DNA of 63,382 nt, counting the filler, from Sphacelaria rigidula (Eukaryota): assembly GCA_964200075.2 (NCBI GenBank). It is 5 parts of 5 records of this genome, joined end to end, with 100 filler letters (N's around TTAATTAATTAA, not from the genome) between each part and the next. Parts side by side here need not be neighbours in the genome. Positions count along the whole stretch, not along the records: positions 25,398 to 37,992 come from CAXNAA020003586.1; positions 38,093 to 50,687 come from CAXNAA020003587.1; 3 more parts are not named here. One strand, 5' to 3'. The stretch's first letter is position 1. Every line of letters starts with the position of its first letter. Of this stretch, positions 25,398 to 39,625 are shown piece after piece. The notes below the pieces were generated by a model, which was not told the origin of the DNA, did not search any database, and saw nothing but the letters and a program-made list of their open reading frames with translations. Both the position numbers and the translations under genes were made by a program.

Positions 25398-27588
25398 AAT
25401 AAACTCCGCCGGTGGTGAGTACACGATCTGAACAAGACATACCTATGCCAAACCCGAACGTATAACCGTGTTTTTTTTTTTTTCTCATGGTAATGAAATT
25501 ATCACCGTCTGGAATACTATTGTTCTCGCCACTCCACATTAGTGCTCGGTCGCTGCCGTCACCCCATGCTGTACCTTGACCGGGCAGGATACCTCCGGCT
25601 ACTACATCTTCTGCCAACGCTTTCGATACTGCTCCCGAGTCTTCTGAGTTGGCTCGAACGTATGCGACAAATGCCCCGCTATACCAGTAGGCTTCAGCTC
25701 CGTAAGCGCGCTTAGGGCTTAGCTTAATTTGGGGTTTTCGGGCACAACTAAGCTCTTTTTCGCAAAGCTTATAAAGAGCTTGAATTGTTTGAAAAGCTTA
25801 TGATGTGCTCGAAATGCGCATGAAATTACGATATTTTTTCATGCGCCTCCTGCAGCCATCGTATGAAAAAGTGCCCCCTATGGCCGGTGGCGTGACTCGT
25901 GACTCCTCACCAGACAGGCTTCAATATTCAGTACTCCAAAGTGCCATGATTGCGGGTCTGACCCGAAAAACGTTTCTCTGTGTATTTCATATATTTGATA
26001 CTATGGTACGTTTGATGGTACGTCCGATACGTGTAAGGAACGCTTTGGAGCAAAATGAGTCGGTGCGGGACGAGAGAAAGCGGTGTTTGGAGGTGCATCG
26101 GTCTTTACCACCCCCTACACAACTCCATGGTGTTGCGAGAGACTGATACTCTCGTGATGCATCGCTCTTGACTTCCCTGACGTAGTGTACAAAACCTTGG
26201 GATTATCAGCGTTCTTCGACGGAAGGTTTGGGGAGTCGACGTTAACCTCGTCACCTGAACACCTTGGTCGATGACGCGTTGGAAGAAAATGGACCAAAGA
26301 AGAAAGCCTGGCTTGATTAGACTGTGTTACGAACTATGCCTTGGCTGCCACGGGCTGAAAACCGCTTTGCTGATCTCAGATCAGAAATATCCTGCGCTGC
26401 GTAGTCTATTTGACAAAAAATATATATATCCATGTGTTTTAGAGACCACAAGAAACCTATTGCAACATATTTTGTGTGATTTTATACGTGCTGAAAACTG
26501 AATTATGCGACAGAAGCTTATAAAAAAATACAAATGCCGAGATGTGAAAGCATACTTGCGCTTGAATTCACAGTACGCAGCCCGTACCCAACACTGGTTG
26601 CAAACGTTTTGCGAGTGTTCGAGCACGAATTAAGGGCTGGCCGAAATAATTTCAACTCCGAACACGTACACGAGCAACGTGATACGCGCCCCATCGCTAC
26701 ATGAGGCAAACCTGTGCACCATGAGTGAAGTGAGAGTTCAAGAGAGCTGGGATCCCGCCAACAAGGGCCTATGCGCCGAAGCCACTCTGCCTATTTTATT
26801 GCTTTCAACGGTAATTTCGACCGCACATTCTGTGTTCCAACACCGTGCACACAGTTGGCGATACATATATCCGCACGAAGCCGGGCAACAACATATTGTT
26901 TCCCGTTTCTGTGCAGCTGGGACATATATTGGTGCTTTCAGTGTTGCTGTGGTACACCCTAAGGGTTGTCGTGGATTGGCGTTCAGGGGTGGTGCCGGGA
27001 GCCCCACCAGCGAATATCGCACAGTTTACTGACGCCAAGGGCCGTTCTTGAACGATGGGAGGACTGCTGGAATATTTCATCCTGTTTTTCATTTTCCGCC
27101 CGAAGGCATGGAAACCCCCCCGGCAAGTCATGCTCAACAGCGGTGGGCCTATCCCCTGCATTCCACATTAATTCTGAGTTGTCACGCCAGCAGTGCGAGC
27201 GCCCAGTTTCATCATGATGACATGATCACCCCCAAGGGCGGAAAAATCTTGTGTGCATTCAGTGAAGCCCTGCTGTTTGTTTGCAGTACAGACTACACGT
27301 ACCTTACAGCGTATCAACCAATGAGGGATGCTGGTTATTTGGGGGGTGTCCGCTTCCCTCATCTGGAAGCGGCCAACCAACATTGCGATAGAATATAAGT
27401 CGTGCACATTCTCCCCCTCCCCCCCAAAATAATGAAAAATTAATTATCTATAAAAAATGTGTAAAACTGTGCGAGAATGATCGTGTTTTGCATCGTTGAG
27501 GACGGTGCAAATATTGATTGCATGTCTTAATCCAGGATGGCGCTTTCTGCCCGTCCCCGTTGATTGCGCGCATCGATACCCGTGGGAA

Positions 27589-30500
27589 ATGACAGGCCGC
27601 GATGGAGAGCACTCCGTGATATTTGGTACGAATCTCAGCATAGGGCGGAGAACACCCGAGAACACGAGGCATTTTCTGTTTCGACAGTCAGCGCCCAGAT
27701 CTACGGGCGACAGGGACACTCACCGATGTGACCGCAAAAGCGCAGCGACGGGACATGTTTTCAGTGATGGACCATTCATCGCGAAGGTGTTTGTAGCGGC
27801 GATGATCTTTTCGGCCGTCGTACTGCTCGCTATCTCCGCCGTGGCCGGTAGTCTCCACGGAGCAATGTTCACCGACCCCTTCGAATCAAATCCCCCGCGG
27901 CCGTTATACCCCAAAATAAGCGGGGATTTATCAGGTTCCCTGCAACATCGAGTAACCCCCCAGTACGTGGCGGGAGACACTTTGAACCGGAACAGAAGTA
28001 TCGAAAGGACTATATCCAACGTAGCCGGAGGAGCGGATGACAGCGTTTCACTCGAAGTGGTTCCAGCTGCGGAGAGCGGGGGATTGGTGGGGAGACCGCA
28101 GGGGGTTTGGGAAAGCGAGAAGGACGAGGGGAGGGCACGTGTGTTTCCTTCCCTGGAGGATAGCACGGTTATGTTTCTGCACATCTTCAAGTGCGCGGGT
28201 TCTACCCTGCGGTGAGAGGGAGTTGTGCTTGATTTCTCTTGCGCTTACGCTACCGGAAGAGTGTGCTGTAGAGCGCTTGTTTCGCCCCTGGAATATTGAT
28301 TTTATTCTTGGTAGCACGTTATTTTCCGTTTATCTTTTGTCGCGTCTCGTCGCCCTTAAAGTAAGTTTGAAACCCCATCGCTTTTGCCTCCACAAGGAGG
28401 GAGGGGGGGGGGGGGCGTCGCATGCGATACTTCTTGGGATGTTTTACTCGTGCGATCTGGCCTTCATCCCTGGACTGGAGTGGTCATGTTCAGTCCATGT
28501 ATGCCGACGCAAATGTTCGTTGCTTGATTATCATGTACTGGCTATCCTGCAGTAAAGATCGCAACATACCTACTGCATGCATCTCGAGACAACCGAACAG
28601 CTCGGTTTCGGGAATTGACGGGGCAAACCGCGTGGCGCTGAGACAAAAGTATGATCACGTGCCTGATGCCGGAACACAACAACACGCTGCGCCCAGATGA
28701 AGAGGTTCAAGGACTCCAGCACGCACGGCGCCGTGATGACTGCCGCCTGCCTTGTCGACGAGGCGTTCACACGTTGATGCTGCATGTCTTTAGGTTCAGC
28801 AACTGTTGGCCCCGAAAGGGTTGTGCTTGCCACCCGTACTCAAAATTCTGCATCATGCTGCACCCTGTGGGTGTGGAGCGGGCCTAGGAAAGATAGGGAG
28901 GGCCGGCGCCGGAGGGTCTGGTTTGATTCACTTGTTCAATGAAGGAGTCTCGTCCAGGTGTCGTTGCGTTTGACGAGGTCTTTGGGATCGCTGCCGGTAT
29001 AAAAAAAAGCCACACGCCCTGCATGTGTGTACATCACTTGGCACCGAATCCGTACTCACGAAAAATGCCCATGTGAGCACCGTTTGGTGTTCGGAGACAG
29101 TAAAACACCCGGTGACGGGAAACGAGAGGGGCTGCTGCTGTAGAGTCAGGCACTTGATGTTAACGTGTCGCATGATATTCCACAACGAACGGAATCCGTG
29201 TAACCCGATGAGACCACGATTGACGAGTACTATGTTGTCACACTGTCATACTCGACGACATCGCGTGTGTCACGCTCCAGTCCACTCGGCGGGGTTCTGG
29301 TCTTTCCGACTGCCGACGTGTTTCGCGCACGTGATCGAGAACTTGTGGGTGTTTCGAGCGTACTTTTCAAGTCGGTGTTCTGACACATCTTTTCATTATT
29401 TTCGCAACCTTGGGCCCGAAACGGCAATGTTTCTCCTGTATATGTCATGCTCCACTGAGCTAGGACATTGCTGCTGAAGTGGGCGAGGGCGGAAAGCAAG
29501 AGGGGCGCCGTGGTGGTCGAGTGCACACAGGTCTTCAAGGTGAAAAACGACATTTCGTAAAACATTGACAGCTTTGGTTTTTGCCAGTCCTTAGCTTGTT
29601 GTTTTGGTCGCCAGTTTGCTTCTAGTATGTCAGCTGCCCTGCCATCCTCTGCAAGCGTGGTCAGGCAAGGTATACCCAATGCTCGATATTTTGAAAAGTC
29701 ATACTCTTAGTACCCACACGCTTGAGTAAGTACTGGAATCATACCCAATCTACCCAAAGTTTGGGTTGAGTAGTGCGGGCATGCCGAAGTGATGCTCTAA
29801 TACCCGGGTATTGCTGAGAGTGCTCATCCAAATTTGGGTAGAGTATTTCAGATCGCACCCAATCTACCCAAAAATTGGTAAAGTATTTGAGTCCGTACCC
29901 AATCTGCCCAAACTTCGGGTAGAGTAAATACCCGGGTATTTTGCCCGAGAATTTCAAGGGTAATGCTATTTTCCAAGTCGCGACTTGGAAGAAGTTATGT
30001 CCCCCTCCAGCTGGGATTTGACTACCCGCCCGCGTTCGTCTCATGTGCCTTGCATCGACACCACAGCCGGTGGAATACACACTTAAACAGCCCGTAGCCA
30101 TCGTTCAAACCATCGCACGGTGCAAATGGCCTCGAAGCGGACGAGACGCCTGCTGCACAGTGCTAAAAAATGCCGCCGACCGACTGGTGTGCCCAAGTCG
30201 CGAGTTGGACATAGCTCATGTCCACCTCCAGCGATTGAAATACCTATCTGCGCTTGTCCCATGTGCCTTGTATCGACACCACAGCCGGTGCAATACACTC
30301 ACACAGTCCGCAGGCATAGTTCAAGCTATCGTGCGATGCAAACGGCGTCGTAGCGGACGAGAAACACGCCTGCTACACACAGTGCCAACAAATCCCGCCA
30401 CCCGACTGGAGGTGGACATAAACTATGTCAAAGTCGCGACTTGGCGAGTTAGACATGGCTCGCATCCAACTTCAACGAGTGGAATGCCTGTCCGCGCTCG

Positions 30501-33500
30501 TCCCATGTGCCTTCCATCGAAGTAAATAGGCCATTCTCAAGACATACTCCCCAAGTTGGTGTTGTCAGGGTGATACGGAATGAAAACCTTGTTTACCAAG
30601 AGGGGATATTGACTGTCATTGGTAAAAACAACACAGATTTCCAGCTCTAGCGCAATGGATCGAGAAAATTTCAGGGGAATGTTACTTTCTTTATGTGTTC
30701 ACAACAACGATCGGGATTGATTCATTGGAGCAAAAACACTGAGTACAGCAATAATTTTATTTTCGGAATGTGGAGCGGATGCTAGTATCTCCCGATCACC
30801 CAACCTCGAGATCAAACGTTCAATGCGATAAGCGGTTGCATGCGAAAAAATGTTCGAACATTGCCAACCACGAAGAATTACCAATTTCGCCAGAGTTGCC
30901 GGTGAATACTGTTGGGGATGCGAATCGGGGGGGGGGGGTGTTAGCCCCCGAATTTTGTCAGGCTGTTCGACGAAAATTTTATCGACCACAGACAACTCAT
31001 CCTCGTTTCCTTTCTTGCATGTGGATACACTGAATTCAACACAATATCATTGGAAGAAACAAATCGTGCGTTGAAGCGATGCCCTCCCTGTTCAGGCGTC
31101 ACATACGCGTCCACATCCCTGACACGCATTGCAAGGTAACTTTCTTCCTTCTCAACTCTTCTAGCGTTCTCTACAACTCTGCAAAACAAAATGCCGCCTG
31201 GTGTGACGAGCGTGGGACCTTTCCGGAAAGCGAAGCCATCACAACATGCATTGTGATTTAAAGCACACTACGCAAAACACAGCGCTCGAATCACACTCGT
31301 GGCCGGCGAGATCGTCTCTGATTTAGCAGGCCTATGAATGGACTCTTCCCATCAAGCCACCATCCCCGACAAGAGCAAATAAAATAAAAACCCGCAGGCG
31401 GGACGGAGGCGGGGCAAAATGGGAGAAGGGGCCCGAATCGGAGTAACATTGTAACAAAAAATCAGAAGTGTGCCAGGATATAATCAACTTCCGCCAAAGT
31501 CACTCCCAGAAGACCCCGCAAGAGATACAGTCGTTGCGAGGGACAAGCCCAGCACGTGGGCGATCAACGGGAGCATGTACTCGGGTGGTCTCGCAGCTCC
31601 GGTTTCTGGAGAATTACGATCGAAAGAAAGGGTCGTACTGTTGTCACAATGGTAGCACAAACACAGTTTTGTTTTTGGCCTGAAGGGGTGGGGGGGGGGT
31701 TGGTACTCATGATCTTGCATGCCGTAGTCGTATGACCATCGACCTCGCATCCCTAAAACGCCGGGACGGAGCACGCCGGGCTTTCGCCGGACCACGCTTA
31801 CACTCAATCATCAAGCGCGAAGCGCCGTGGTGTGTTCGACGAGTTGCATGAAGGGTGAGTTGAATCCTGCTAAGATTGTTCGGCCCGAAGCGTACTGCTC
31901 GTCTTGAATTTGGATGACAGCCTCTTACGAGTTGCCACTGCTCGTCTTCGTTTTTTGATACTACCACTGCCGGAGACAGCCACGGGTTACACACCGCATC
32001 ATGGGTGTTTCACCAATGAAACACGACGTAGTATGATCACCCCCTTTGCGCAAAGTTGAGGTTCTCCCACTCCGCACAATATGATCTAGCTCGACCACCA
32101 TCATGGTTGCCGCAAAATAACGCACAAGGGCAAAACACCCCGGTAGACTGGTTGCCTCGCTTACGCAGTGAGTGGCGGGTTTCACAGCGTCATTGCCAAC
32201 CGGCACCAACTCCTTAGGGGGTTTGTCCCTACACAGTCGAGACGGGGCGCACTGGGTTTTCGCCAGGCCCGAAGAACGGGGGAGGGGACTTGGAAGTAAA
32301 CAGCCGCCGATCTAAGCTTTAAGGCAAATCAGACTTCTGGCCTGAAGACGACTCAGTATTGAAGTCTGCTCCTGAACTCGGAATAGGAGGGTGGTTGACA
32401 GTATTTTGAAGTATTCAGGGGAGCTCGACCACGAGTCTGAGATATTGCGCAAGAGTGGACTCGGAATAGGAGGAGTGATAGTTAGCATGCTGCCGTTTTG
32501 CATAATATATGTCAACTCTGGTTTCAACTTGGACGTAAGTGACACGATGTCAAAGTAATGAATATGCCAGTTATATCTACGCGAGCAGCAGTACATGGTC
32601 GTATTCCATTTACGCTGAATGTGTTTCAGGCACTCACTCACGTTCAAATACGATTCGTCGACTAGAGCCAGCCTTTCTGTGAAACATGGATTCGGGGGAA
32701 ATGTTCAGTCCCGCCTCACAAGGTGGTGCGTAGTCCGCAGTAAGGACGGGGCAGGGATGAGCTGATGCTACCCATGCCCGGCGCAGAATTGCCAGCGCGA
32801 GGTGCAAGTGTTGTCTGTATCAGGCATGTTACAAGAGGTCTGATTCTCTTGCCGTACCTGCTTTTCATTTCACCCATACGCATGCAGCCACCATTGGTGA
32901 GGGCGAGCATACATTTTACCATCGCGGGACTCTTTGCCTTCACGCTTCCCCGCCACCTGTACGTTACTTTCCCTATTTTTCAGAACGGCAGAATATGCTT
33001 GAAGAATCACCGCCTGCTGGACGTGCCTCTGCAGGAGCAACATATTGCGAATCAGAAGGTGTTGGCCGGACATTTCTCGTGGGGTGAGAATCATGACGAT
33101 TGGGTGCAGATGGCTGTACAAGCTTGTCAATATTTCCGTCGTTGGCTTTGATATCGTGTGGTGCGGTCAGAGTTTGGTAACGGTGAGATTTGCCGATGTC
33201 ATCTTGATACATCTTGGCACGGATAGGTTGATGATCGCGCCGTCGGACGCTAGGCGAGGGCGCAAGCCCCATCGGACTCCGGTCGCTATCCATGGGTAGG
33301 TATATTGTTTGTTGTTGTTGTTGTTTTTGTTGTTATCGCTGCTTCCTCTCTTCTTTGCTTTCTGACGCCGTTGCTTCTGTCTTTTTTTGTCTCTTCCCTT
33401 CTTTTTTATTTATTATTCTATTCTTTTTCCGCTGCTCCTGACCGCGGGCTGGATTGTTGCATTCAGCTAATTTGAGACAATCAATCAATCAATCTTTATT

Positions 33501-34652
33501 TATGGGTACTTCTTTGTGCCTTGGGTATGTCTCCTGTACCCGCGGCTGCACTTGTAACGGATTCAGCTGATGTGCGATAGTCAATTAATCGATCGAGCAC
33601 GGAACATGATGCTTCACAGCCGCCAACGGCAAACTGGGAATGTCGGTGCCAGCCGCCGGTACTGCATATACGATGCGTCGTGTCGCTTCAAACCCGTTCA
33701 ATATCGGTTCCGATATGCATGCCTAGCTGCGGAGCTTCGGTATTTGGTTTTTCACTGAGGTGATATTTTGGTTGTTTCGCCTTCGAGCGGCACGGGTATA
33801 GCGAATCGTCACCGAAATATGTTTTTGAGCTTTTCAGCATGTATCAGGTGGTACGGATGGAGGAGGTGAGTACATACGCTGTGGGTGATGAATGGTACAT
33901 GCTGACAACTTCAATCCACGATCCTTGTGTTTCAGGTCAATACTTCACGCTGCACGGAGACCAACATCATTTTCTCCGTCTAAACATATTCTGTACACAA
34001 AACTGTCACGGCCGTGGCTGGCGATCTTTTCGTGTGATGAAATTAAAAAAAGTGTGGACACCACTACGACGTACGTAAGAGAGGAAAACTCCCGTCGGTG
34101 TCTGCCGAAAAAATCACCTTTTCACATTGGCGACACCATGATACATTTCTTTAAACTTCATGAGCACGAGATCCCGGGTCGAATCCCAACTCTCACCAAT
34201 ATGACTAAAGATACAACAACTCACCAAAGTTGAGCGGGCGACAGAGAAGTTGGTGTAATTGGTGGCGACTATGGCAAGTCGAGTTTACAAACTCTAGGGT
34301 TTGGTGGCTCTGTAGCTCCGTGTGTATTAAGTGCAAGAGTTGGGGTCCAGGGCTGAGGTTCAAGGAGCAGTTTCGAATAGAACTGTGCACCAAGCTAGCG
34401 GGTGGCCTCTGAAGAGGCAATGAAAGCACGGCGACGAGGCGCGTTACGCGAGTCAGTCGTCTGCTCAGATTGTTTCGTGACAAAATTGTCTCGCGCCAGT
34501 ATACGCGGTGCGCTGCGAGAAGAGCACCACGGCCACCCTTGAAAACACTTCTTACAAGTGCAGAACAAGTATGCAGAATATTGCTGAACGTTCTTGTTCG
34601 TTTCTAAGATGATTGTTTGATATTGTCCTCGGAGCGTCTTCTCTTGTCGTAG

Positions 34653-34689
<37 letters not shown>

Positions 34690-34958
34690 CATTCGTCTTC
34701 TTCTTCCTCTTCTTCTCCTTTCCTCCTCGTTTGCTGCTGCTGACTCCCATTTGTCGTTCTAATTCGGTTGTATTTTCCTCGTTATGTCAGGATTCCAGGA
34801 CCACGTGAAGACACCCGAGCTAATGATCACTATGCTAAGAAACCCGTTGGAAGTATTCGTGTCCGGTGAGCAGTTCCTGTTCCGGAAGGAGACCGATACG
34901 CTAGACAAGGCCACAGCCTTTCTAACAGAGAGCATGCTTCACGGATTGAAAACAGGAG
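27589..34958 (+). CDS. Golgi-type membrane-anchored PAPS-dependent sulfotransferase (Sulfotransfer_2 / Gal-3-O-ST-like), 5' exons; 3' end not in the contig
   Basis: Exons 27589-28211 (TM anchor FIAKVFVAAMIFSAVVLLAISAV; 5'-PSB motif FLHIFKCAGSTLR), 29464-29539, 32984-33083 (VLAGHFSWG) and 34791-34958 (3'-PB-like ITMLRNPLEVFVS). All have GT-AG boundaries with compatible phases. Confidence 0.85.
29970..30520. repeat. Degenerate tandem repeat, ~225-bp period
   Basis: aagtcgcga...catgtgcctt..atcga occurs three times. Confidence 0.65.
31690..32110 (+). repeat. Repeat family A copy
   Basis: catgatcttgcatgccgt...gcgaagcgccgtg...ggatgacagcctc shared with 137-440 and 62975-63270. Confidence 0.7.
33300..33495 (+). 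repeat. Non-LTR retroelement 3' end with (AATC)n tail
   Basis: Pyrimidine-rich tract ending caatcaatcaatc. Related ends in reverse at ~6625-6690, ~51925-52000 and ~58615-58700. Confidence 0.5.
34650..34690. repeat. (GTT)n microsatellite
   Basis: About 13 units. Confidence 0.9.
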
Positions 34959-36185
34959 GTGTGTAACACGGTCTATTGATCGTTGTCTTTTGTTTCTTCG
35001 CGTGTTCATTTGTTTTCCCTTTTCTTTCGCGTAGTTGGTGAATATTTGTGTGTTTCTCCGGCCGGTTGGAGCGAGAGGCGTGGGGGCTTCGGGAAAATGC
35101 AACCCACAGGCACCACTCACCTCGAGGACCAGAGTAACAATCAGTCTAGAAAGTAACTGCACGTTTGCACAGGAGTGGCAGAAGATATGATATGATGCCG
35201 AGAGAATAATGCCGAACACGGCTTTGCTATTCATTCACTCAGCTCCATGTGCATGTTGCGTAGTGCTCCAGGGCCGACCGTTTTTGCGGTCACAGGGGTG
35301 ATGGACACAACAGCAAACATTATTGGAAAATAGAGTTGTGATCATGATGCCTCATACGTAAATGGACTCAAGATATGACCTGCCTCCACATTCTTGCTTT
35401 TCGTACGCCCCTCTCACCGGAAACCCTGACAGAGATCTGTCCGTATTTTCTTCGGGAGCGGCCCTAGCACTGAGACTGGCGGACGATTTTGTTCCTTTTG
35501 TGTCTTTGTTTACTCTGCCTGCGTATCTTGTCCTCTGTTGTTGTGCCTGGTACGGTTTCCTTCAGCGAGTGTCTCCTCGTACATATTTCGCCATGCCTAC
35601 CGTGTGACTGTAGCCAGATTCGAAGTGAATTAGCTTATTTGCGACACTGAATCAAGCAGTCAATTGAGTCAGGCCACTGGCTACATTAGGGAGTCGCTTT
35701 GCACACCGGGAGAGTACTTGAGCTAAGGTTGGGTCCTTCAGTTCTATGTGTAATGCTTGTCGTGGTCGCGTGCTATTTATTTCTTTGGTTATTCCCCCAA
35801 TTTGACTTCTTGTTTTGTCTTCGTGTGTGAGCGTCTCTCGGTATACTGAGGGAGGAGATGAAAAACCACCAAAAGCGAACGCCTGGTTCGTGCGGTATTG
35901 GTTGCTAACATCTGAGTACATGTTTTGTCATTCCACCGGCCGATCGGTCGTAACGTCAAGGGGGATTGTCACCCGCGTAGTTCTCCCCGCAGCCTGTGGC
36001 ACAGAGCGATGTGTGCGGTACGTTTAACCTTTCTGGAACTTGCGAAAAACAGTGCAAACTCTTGTATGCGAGGTTTCGTCACCGGAAAAAAAACGTCACT
36101 TTGAGTTGGGTGCATGAATCTGTCACATGAGTATACTTGAACTGAGAGTGGTGCACCGTTTTGGTGGGCCGAATCATCAACGGTT

Positions 36186-36542
36186 AACAGGGGATTCTAT
36201 AAAACGAGGTTGATCAATGAAATGAGGTTTGAGGAGGCTAGGTGTTATGCGACAAAAGCCCGAGGGAAGTACCGTCCGCAAGTGCCTTCAATCATTTTCG
36301 GGGGGGAGGGAGGGGGGGCGTACTCATTTGTTGCTTGCCTTAGTCGTTTGACCATTGACCATGCCCCGTCTCGAAAGGTCAATAGTCAAACGACTAAGGC
36401 AAGCAACAAATGAGTACGCCCCCCCCCCGAAAATGATCGAATGCACTTGCGGACGGTACTTCCCTCGGGCGTTTGTCGCATAACGGCTAGCCTCCTCAAA
36501 CCTCATTTCACTGAGCAGCCTCATTTTATAGAATCCCCTGTT
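36186..36542. mobile_element. 357-bp near-perfect palindromic (foldback) element, candidate 4-bp TSD GGTT
   Basis: AACAGGGGATTCTATAAAA...TTTTATAGAATCCCCTGTT, arms of about 170 bp and a short loop. Confidence 0.88.
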
Positions 36543-37992
36543 GGTTGCAGAAGAAGAGCTATATCTTGCCCACAAAACGTCAACAATAAATCGTCATTTT
36601 TCCAGCAATGGTTCCAAAAGGGCCAATGTATATGCGCTTGTGCGCGCATTTGGTGTATCCCGATGACGCTGTGGTCCAGCCTTCGTGCCCAAGAGACGAA
36701 TCCGTTACTATTGACACCTTCACGCTTCCTAGAACGAATGTCGTATGAACCGTGCATGTAGCCGAAATTCGCGGTGGCATTAGCACATGAGACAGCAAGT
36801 CCTTTACCGGAGCAGAGCTGACGGCGAGGGACGTCGGAGGAGTGCTCGTAAGCATACAGGTTTAAAAGCACGCATTGTTTCCAGATTGATGGGGCCACAC
36901 TCCTTGTTTGCGTACACGTTTTGCGACTTTTTTTCCCTTTTCTATTTTAGGCCATGAAACACGCACAGGTGACCTTCGAACTGAAAACATTTCCTTGAGA
37001 ATTCCTCGGAACTGTCAGAGCCAATCAACACGTACGATGCTCTCAGCCCTTCGAGCGTCAGCAGATGGTGACCGAAGTCGGGGTAGTCAGCTTCCAAGCG
37101 GAATCGAAGTCGCTTTGAAATAGGAATGCCCTGGGGCGGCCGAAGGATTGGGGAGCTAACACATACCCGACCTCTAACCTAGTCCTCACCTTGGACCCTT
37201 GCACTGCAAGGTAACCGCAGCATTTGTCGTTGTGATGTGGCGACTTGAATTCATGTCCGACTTTTAGTGTCACACATATCTCAAACAAGCGTAGAGGGAG
37301 GAGAGGGCTAACTTATCCTTTGATTGTGATGTATTTATTCAATGAATTCATGCGTCCCGGTGCGATTGCTCTTTGAAGCGGTTTTTCGATGCGTAAGCGC
37401 TTGTGCACCAGTAGAGTTTTTCTATATGTCGACCACGAGAGGGTTACGCAAACAACCATTTTGCATTTCCTGCACGGGCACAGCTATACAGCGCTCCAGA
37501 AGTCGTTCGGTGTCTCGCTGCCCATGACTTTCTTCCGTTGTCCTAGCACTCAAAGTGTTTCCGTTCGGCCGCCCCGCGAAAGGTTTCCCGTTGTCCTGTC
37601 TGTTCTCAGTGGAGACTGCACCATTCTATGATCAAAATCTTGAGGCCAGCGCGTACATGGTTAGAGTACGGAGACTAACCTCGAAATCTACTCCTCGAGC
37701 TCATTTTTCGAGATGTGCGTTCTAGGCTGCGTTTTTTTGAATGGCGTACCCGGAATCGTCTACACGTTTATCCTGCAATATTCGAGAAGGATTTCGTGAA
37801 ATGAAGGAAACCCGTGTTCCCCTGCTAAACTAAAGCAACAAGTATTCGCGAAATACTTTTCAATTGCTGTTTCCAGGATAAAAAATCTCAGCTTCCCCCC
37901 GCTCCCCCCCCCTCCTCCCTGTATGGAAGAAACGTAATGAGCTACGGAAGGAACGTAACTAGAGCCAGAAAGTTGGAGGGGTCTTTATTGTG

Positions 37993-38092
37993 NNNNNNNN
38001 NNNNNNNNNNNNNNNNNNNNNNNNNNNNNNNNNNNNTTAATTAATTAANNNNNNNNNNNNNNNNNNNNNNNNNNNNNNNNNNNNNNNNNNNN
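37993..38092. other. Artificial contig linker
   Basis: Same 100-bp linker. Confidence 0.97.
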
Positions 38093-39625
38093 CCACGGTC
38101 GCCCAGAATGAGCTTTTCGGGAAATTGGGGGGGGGTGAACACCGTTTTCCAGTCTGTAGGGCCCCTTTTCTGGGGGGTAAAAGTTGACTGCCGGTTCGAG
38201 TCGTCCATCTCGGAACAATTTCTCGCCGCGCCCACTGTCTTCAAGCTGACCCAATAAATAATAGCCCAGTATGGTCACCTTTCCTTGATTCGAGAATCCG
38301 GACAGTAGACGTGCCTTCCGTCTTTCATTCCTAGCTCCCATTCTCAACCCGAAACATGAGAGCGTTACGAGGCGCCCCATATCGGGAAATCCATGCACCA
38401 CCGCTACCCGCGGTCGAGAATGAGGGAAATGCCGAAGTCAATTCGGGAAAAACCTCATTCTTCTTATTCCTCCACTAGTATACGGAATTGAACGATCATT
38501 TAGATATCTCCGGGTTCGCCTCAACGTGAGCAGCCCAAAACCGAGGAGTTTTGGTGTGTCAGTTGTTTTTTTGGCGATCGGGGAGCAATTCTGCAGGCTA
38601 GAAAATGACTTTTGAGTCGCGGCGATCACTGGATAATGGAAATTGAGTCCCCCTGGCTTTTACAAGACCGGTTGTTGCCGACCTAGCACTATCGCAGTGA
38701 TACGGCCACCATGCTAAGAAGCGGGGCGTACGACGAACAGTTCTGTACTGCTACTGAATGACTGAAATGGACATGCAATAAGTTGACTGTGCGGTGATAC
38801 CAGCCGACACGAAAATGTTCTGATATTATAGACGTGCACAATGTATGAGTTGCAGATAATCACGTACTTTGCCCGCGTTTGGGCAGACAGCCGTGTTCAT
38901 ACAACGCGTATATCTACATATCGCATTTCATACTGCACAGCGACACAAGAGAGGGAGAAGTTGCAAAGGAGGATGTTATGGACGTGGTGTTGCGAAAAAA
39001 ATATTCAACATCGAGGTAGCGGCAGTCATGAAATGTAATTAACGTGATATTGATATTATTATGCCCACAAGGGCAGATCCATGCAAACTCCCGGGTGCCA
39101 GGCACAACGCCCATACATGGGGATAGATTTATGTAGTGAAATGGGAAATTAAACCAATCAGAGGCCCTCCGGCAAGAATACGGCGGAATTCTAAGCCAAT
39201 GAAATGCGACCTTTGTAGTGATTCATGTAGTGAACTATGCTACTGATTGGCTCGCAGACTCAAGTCACCTCAAGGTGTACGTACTACAGACAGTTCGTTG
39301 TGTCGCGCCGGGACGGTCAGAGCACAGAGAAAACGAAGCAGCAAGCACACAAGCACACAGCGAGTGGTACACTCCTGCGGCAAGGGTCCAGGTGATGCTC
39401 GTGTATCGATATATGCCTATCTTGGCAAGGGCGCTTACATCATGCCGTGGCGGCGAGCCCTGGCACACGCCAGCAACAGCGGTCTGCATGCTTCCGCGTG
39501 CAATCAGCACCCTGGCGATGCAGTATACCTGCGCTGTGCTGTGGGTTGCTCCTTTCATCGGAGCACGGGACCTGGCCCAGCCGGTCGAGCGATATTTACC
39601 GCTGTTTGTCTGTCTCTACCGAGCA

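Noticed and set aside
32312-32650. Possible Penelope GIY-YIG remnant on the - strand
   Set aside because: The resemblance is faint and there are multiple stops, so it is not supportable.
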